From positions 496,001-553,513 of the forward strand of contig JBODTK010000108.1 in assembly GCA_050613775.1 (NCBI GenBank): a DNA stretch of 57,513 nucleotides. The letters run 5' to 3'. Both the position numbers and the translations under genes were made by a program. This stretch comes from Neocallimastix sp. 'constans' (Eukaryota). Numbering within the stretch: the first letter of the stretch is position 1; each line of letters starts with the position of its first letter. Shown in pieces: positions 52,301 to 57,513 of the stretch. The notes under the pieces were generated by a model. That model was not told where the DNA came from. It saw only the letters and a list, made by a program, of their open reading frames with translations, and did not search any database.

Positions 52301-55118
52301 GTACACTTGTTCCTCTTCCTCTGAACTCTGTACCAAGGTAAGTTCATGTAAAAGTGGAACCTACTCCTTTGATGAAACCAACAACAAAGGTTATCAATGT
52401 GTCGGTTCAGAGATATCACCTATTGATACGGCCGGATATTATTTAGATAGCAGCTATGTTGTCAATCGAAGCCTCACTCCAGGAGTCTTGAAATGTGAAG
52501 AAAATGGAAACTGTGTCCGCTACATTCCAAAGAATACCTACTTCCTTAATGCTGGTATGGATAATACCTCTAAAGCTTTAATTTATTGCTCCAGCAGTTC
52601 CTGTAAGACTCAGGAAGCCTCCATCGGTTACTACCGTGCCGAATTTGGACAATCAGGTGTCATCGTTTGTACCTCATCAACACAATGTAAGATCTCTTCC
52701 CTTCGTTACAACTATTACCTCAATAACGGCGAAGATAAATCGAGTAAACCTATCATTGCATGTAAGAAGAATGTCAATTGTAGTACTGTGAATGGCTATG
52801 TCGGTTACTACCTCATCCAAGAAAATGGCAGTCTCTTAATTAATTGTAAGATGGCCTCCACTTGTGAAGTAGAAGAAGGATCCGTGGGTTACTACTATAA
52901 CTCTGCGAATAACTATCATTCCAATGAAATTGAAACAGTTATCAAGTGTTACACTTCTTCCTACACCGGAAACATTGTTTGTACCACCGAAAAGAAGAAT
53001 GAAGGATACTACCTTTCCGGAAGCGGTAATAATATTTTGGTGGATTGTATCGGAAGTAAGTGTAAAACAATTGAGGTAGAAAATGGTATCTTCCGTTCAG
53101 CAGCCAGTATTAAGACCTCCGTAAAGAACGTCATTTCTCATGGTAGAGATATGACTGAGGAAATGGAAGTCCTTCAAGAAGAGAGAGAGGATACCACCGT
53201 CGTAGATCACGAGGGAAGATACAATGATAAGAAGGAGATGCTTAATAAGGAAAGTAACGTGATGTTAAAGTTGAATGAACAGAGATTAATTGGTAGAGCC
53301 CAAAACAGCAATGAACCCGCCTCCACCCTCATCATTTGTAGTGGTTCCGTCTGTAATGAATTAACCGCTGAGGAATTAACCTTAATTCCAATTTGTACCT
53401 ACAATAATGAAATGTGTTACCTTGATAATTCCAACAATATGAATAATTCGCAAAACAAAATTATTACGAGCGTTAGCGCCGGTGACTTCTGTACCGATAT
53501 GAATCGTTCCACCCTCTATTTCGCTACGGAAACCATTGTCGAATATAACGATGTCATCTCCGGTGTCCTCTCCACTTCTAAGACCGTCACCAAGAATTGT
53601 ATTAAGGCCTCTGCTCAATACAATAATAGCTACTTCACCGTAGGAAACACCATTTACAAGGTGAACGATGGCTTAATCATGGAAATTCATGAAAAGGGAT
53701 ACTACTTCATCAATATCAGTAAGAATATTCTTGTATACGGCACCGAAATTAAGGATTACAACAACAGCAGTGTTCTCCTCTACAAGTGTGATGGCGTCAG
53801 CTGCCGTATTATGGATAAGCCTACAAGTGATACCTACTACACCGATGTCACCAAGCGTATTCTCAAGTATTCCGTGGAGGATGGTAAATATTCCTTCATT
53901 AATAAGAAGGAGAATGTCTGTACCTTTGCCGATAATACCTGTACGCCAAAGTATGATATTGAAGAAAACGATTTCTGTATTACTGCTGAAGGATACATCG
54001 TAGTTGCTGGAGAGAAGATCAAGTCAAGAGAAACTGGTAAATGCTTTATGAGTTCCTCTATCTCTGAAAATGTTTTGGCCTACTCGTACAATTCTGTACT
54101 TTACCTTTTGAATAGTAATGCAGCTAAGCAAGTGACCACCAGCGGTTACTACTTTGCTGAAAACAACTATTACAACAGTGCCGAATATAAATCCTTCAAT
54201 ACAACGACCGCCGGTATTACCCTTTACGGATGTAACAATGATATCTGTCAAATCTACGAACCACGACCAGATGTCTACTACTTTGACATGATCACCAACT
54301 ATTTGATTCAAAAGAAGGGAAAAGTTTGGGTATCACCAATCAAGGTCGGATACATTAACGTTTCCATTAATCCAGAGGAAGTCTACATCTACAGCTACAC
54401 CATGACCGACAGTAAGGAACTCTTATTAACAAAAACAACTGAAGATGGCTGGTACTACACCATTGATAATAAGATGTACCAATGCTGGAGTAAGATTAAG
54501 ACATGTAAGGAAATTGACGACACCGCGTATGTCTTCACAAACAGTAATGAGGTGTACTACTGTGTGGTCGATAGTGAAGGTGAACCCACCGAATGTTTCA
54601 AGCGTACCTGTAATGTTGGAGAAATCTATTACATGAAGGACAACTATTACAGATGTACAGCAGGTTCGTATTTGGAACTTGTTAGATCGAGACATTGTGA
54701 TCATGATGAGGTTGTCGTTGTCAACTTCCCATTGATCTATTCGGATTCCTTACCAATCAATATTTACAACACGATTTCAGATATTGCCAGAAATAATCAT
54801 CATGTTCCAACCCAGAAGTTGAGTCGTAGCTCATTGGAAACCATTCAAGGTGTCTTCACCAACTGTACCTACAATGCCTATGATGAATATGCCACCTATG
54901 ATCAAGTCTGTATTCAAAACTATGTAAAGTTGAATAAGGATAATGAACCCGATATTTGTTCTGTCAAACTTCTCGGTTACACCTACTGTACCGTTGAGGA
55001 TGGCGATGATCCAAATAAGTGTAATCCAAGTTCAGCTGTAAGTCTTAAGAACCTTACTCAATGGAGTGTTATAAAGATGGCCATCGCAGTACTTGCCATA
55101 ATTTTAATTGCATTTTAG
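49347..55118 (+). CDS. Fungal scaffoldin-type large Cys-rich surface protein (~1,707 aa); exon 1 49347-49363, exon 2 50012-55118
   Basis: Many repeats of GYY(I/L)N/D...(L/I)I.C....C; hydrophobic C-terminal anchor (SSA..WSVIKMAIAVLAIILIAF). The track's start at 50037 is TTG. Splicing ATGATTCTAAAGAAAAT|gtaact...aaacag|AAAAAGGTCC is in frame and gives the signal peptide MILKKIKRSLFLLCLSHVYIKFVNS. The architecture matches the ScaA-type scaffoldins described from Neocallimastigomycota. Confidence 0.82.
49364..50011 (+). other. Predicted spliceosomal intron (648 nt, phase 2, GT-AG) in the signal-peptide coding region
   Basis: gtaact donor at 49364, cag acceptor ending at 50011, frame restored. The spliced junction aagaaaataaaaaggt is present contiguously in the copy at ~56222-56237. 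Confidence 0.75.
49689..49992. repeat. Intronic minisatellite: 13-mer (AAAAATCAATAAT)n switching to 15-mer (AAAAAAATCAATAAT)n
   Basis: Direct reading; more than 20 tandem units. Confidence 0.93.
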
Positions 55119-56189
55119 GAAATAATATAAATAAATTAGAAAACAAAAAAAAAATTATTTTTTTTTTTATTTTTCATATAATATAAAAAAAAGAAAAAAA
55201 AAAAAAAAAGGGAAAAAAATTATAAATAATTTTTTTTTATTACATTAAGATTTATATTACATATAAAAGAAATATATTAGATAATATTAGATATAAATAA
55301 AAATACATTAAGATATATGATAAATATAATATAAAAATTAAAAAAAAAAAAAAAAAAAAAACATCAGAAAAAAGTAGAAAAGGATTATATTCTTTTTTTT
55401 TTTTTTAAAAAAAAAAATTTTATTTAGTTTTAGTTAAATTTTTTCAATAAAAAAAAATTACATTTAGTTATTATAATAAATATATATATATGTATATATT
55501 GTTTAATAAAAAAACAAGTCATTATAACTAAAAAAAAAATAAAAAATAAAAAAATAAATAAAATTAAATAAAAAAAAATTAATATATCTAATTACAATAA
55601 GATTATTATTAAAAAAAAAGAAGAGGAAGGATAAAATGATTAAAAAAATTTTTTTTTTAAATAGTATTCTTTTTCTTTTTATTTTAGTCTTTTCAGATTC
55701 ATATATTTTGTAGTTTTAATTTCTTTCTTTTTTTAAATAGGGTTTTTATTTCCTTTTTTCTTTTTATTAAAAAAAAAAGTTTATGATCATTTTTGTTATT
55801 TTATTTTCTGAATAATGAGTGTGTAAATATATATGTGACGTGGTACCGATTATATTGCTTCCTTCTTAGTACATTATTGATATAAATTATAAAAAGGAAT
55901 AAAATATTTTGTTTAAGAACCAAATCATTTCGGGTGATAATTCAAAAAACGCCCATTCTTTGATGCGATCTGCGGCTCTCTTTACAGAAATTATACCTCG
56001 GGCTAGTACTCGACAAGGATTAGCTCATTCTGACAGTAATAAAGCACAAATTAATTCAAGAGCGTCAATTAGGTTCAATTTTTTTTTTGGGGGAGGTTCA
56101 ATTGATTCAAATTTACAGAAAGATTTCTACTAAATTAAATATATATATATATATAGAATAAATCAAATAATAAAAAAATAAAAAAAAAA

Positions 56190-56370
56190 AAAAAAAAAGA
56201 TTCCAAAATGATACTAAAGAGAAGAAAATAAAAAGGTAAAAAGGAAAGTTTTTTTTTTTTTTATGTTTGAGCCCTGTCTATAATGAAATTTGTAAATGCT
56301 CAAAGAGATAATTACTACTACTACTACTGGCACTACTATATTCTGGAAGTGAGGTTCATTGCTTATGAAC
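56190..56370 (+). pseudogene. Intronless, decayed copy of the scaffoldin 5' end
   Basis: aaagattccaaaATGATACTAAAG (cf. 49336-49358) runs directly into aagaaaataaaaaggt...ttatgtttgagccctgtctata.tgaaatttgtaaat (cf. 50012-50066). Confidence 0.8.
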
Positions 56371-57513
56371 TTTTTTTTTTTTTTTATTTTATTTTTCTTA
56401 TGAATTTATTTATACCCTATATTTTGAATATTAACTAATTTTATTTGAATATTAACTTTATTTTTATTTATTTCATATTACTATTTAAAAAAAAATTATT
56501 CTTGTAATTAATAAATGAAAAAATAAATAAAGTGTAAAGTTTGCACTAGTTGCAACTATAAAAAACAATAAAAAAAAAAAAAAAAATAAAAAAGATTAAT
56601 TTCGATTTCGGGTGGGGGGAAAGAAAGTGTTTTATTAATAATAAATAATATCTTTTCAATAATCATCGAAAGAGTTTTCTTTCCTGATATTTTTTTATAC
56701 TTTTATTTTGTAGGGTGGAGGAGGGAATTACTGAAATTTCTTTTACTAAAATGTTAAATTCCTTTATACTGTGATTGTGATTGAGGGATTTTTTAGAGTA
56801 AGGTCCATTGGCTGTACCAGGTCATTAGATCTACCATTGTCAAAAAGTGACATGATCTAAACGATAAGGTAAAAAAAAAATCCGATATGGATTCGAAATG
56901 ATCATTTTTATTCATACGGAGTGGAGGTATCATCGGAGGATGAATGGGAAAGAGTTAGAGACCATTTTGTCCTTGAAACTCATAATGTAATTTTTTTTTT
57001 TTAAATATTAATGTAAAAAATTTCTTATCTTTTTTTTTTCAATAATATAATTAAACAAAGTTAATTCCTAGTCTAATATATATATATATAATTTTACATT
57101 TAATAGGGCAACTCGTCCCAAACAATCGAAATAAGAAAAATTTTTTTAAAAAAAAAAAAAAAAAAATTATATAAAAATATTTATATGTATGAATATATAA
57201 AATATATTTAAAATAATTTAATAATTATCATAAAAAAAATAGAAAAAAAAAAAAACACACACACACAACTCTATAAAAAAAAGCAAATAATTTAAATAAT
57301 AAAAGTTTTATTTTATTTTTTTTTCATTTATTTATTATTATTATTTTTTTTTTTGGATACACAATATTTTTTTTTTATTGATATGCAATACCTTTTTTTT
57401 TTCCTCCTATTACTTTTGTTTTTTATTTCATATTTAAGGGGGTAATCATCGAAAGACTTGCAGATATTGTGAAAATAATAAAATGTACTTTCCCCCTGTC
57501 TAAATATGTAAGT

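Noticed and set aside
51283..54704. Short alternative-frame and antisense ORFs within the scaffoldin
   Set aside because: Fully nested in a strongly supported long CDS; no independent motifs.
56600..57000. GC-richer patch near the window end as a gene
   Set aside because: The frames I read were interrupted by stops and showed no recognisable motif; probably decayed sequence, not assignable.

Overview
Eukaryotic, extremely AT-rich genomic DNA full of poly(A/T) and (AAT)n/(TAAA)n tracts. The composition and gene content point to an anaerobic gut fungus (Neocallimastigomycota; inference). Supported genes are the 5' end of a prephenate dehydratase (not in the ORF track), two paralogous ankyrin-repeat genes, a secreted 4xCBM18 + CE4 chitin/polysaccharide deacetylase, a convergent Cys-rich putative GPI-anchored protein, a long coiled-coil FYVE protein, and a ~1,700-aa fungal scaffoldin-type surface protein whose true start appears to lie in a 17-nt first exon upstream of a minisatellite-containing intron. 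The intergenic DNA holds much hidden structure: two decayed ankyrin pseudogenes, a complete 670-bp Mutator-type MITE with a 9-bp TSD, Ty3/gypsy and Ty1/copia relics, a ~0.8-kb tandem duplication that creates a chimeric ORF, a nested ~2.8-kb tandem duplication of the deacetylase/GPI gene pair, an intronless copy of the scaffoldin 5' end, a perfect 19-bp hairpin and several satellites. I recognised no rRNA, tRNA or CRISPR array. I found no convincing wholly new multi-gene system. The most notable theme is local, microhomology-associated shuffling of gene fragments around surface/secreted and ankyrin genes. All alignments were done by eye.
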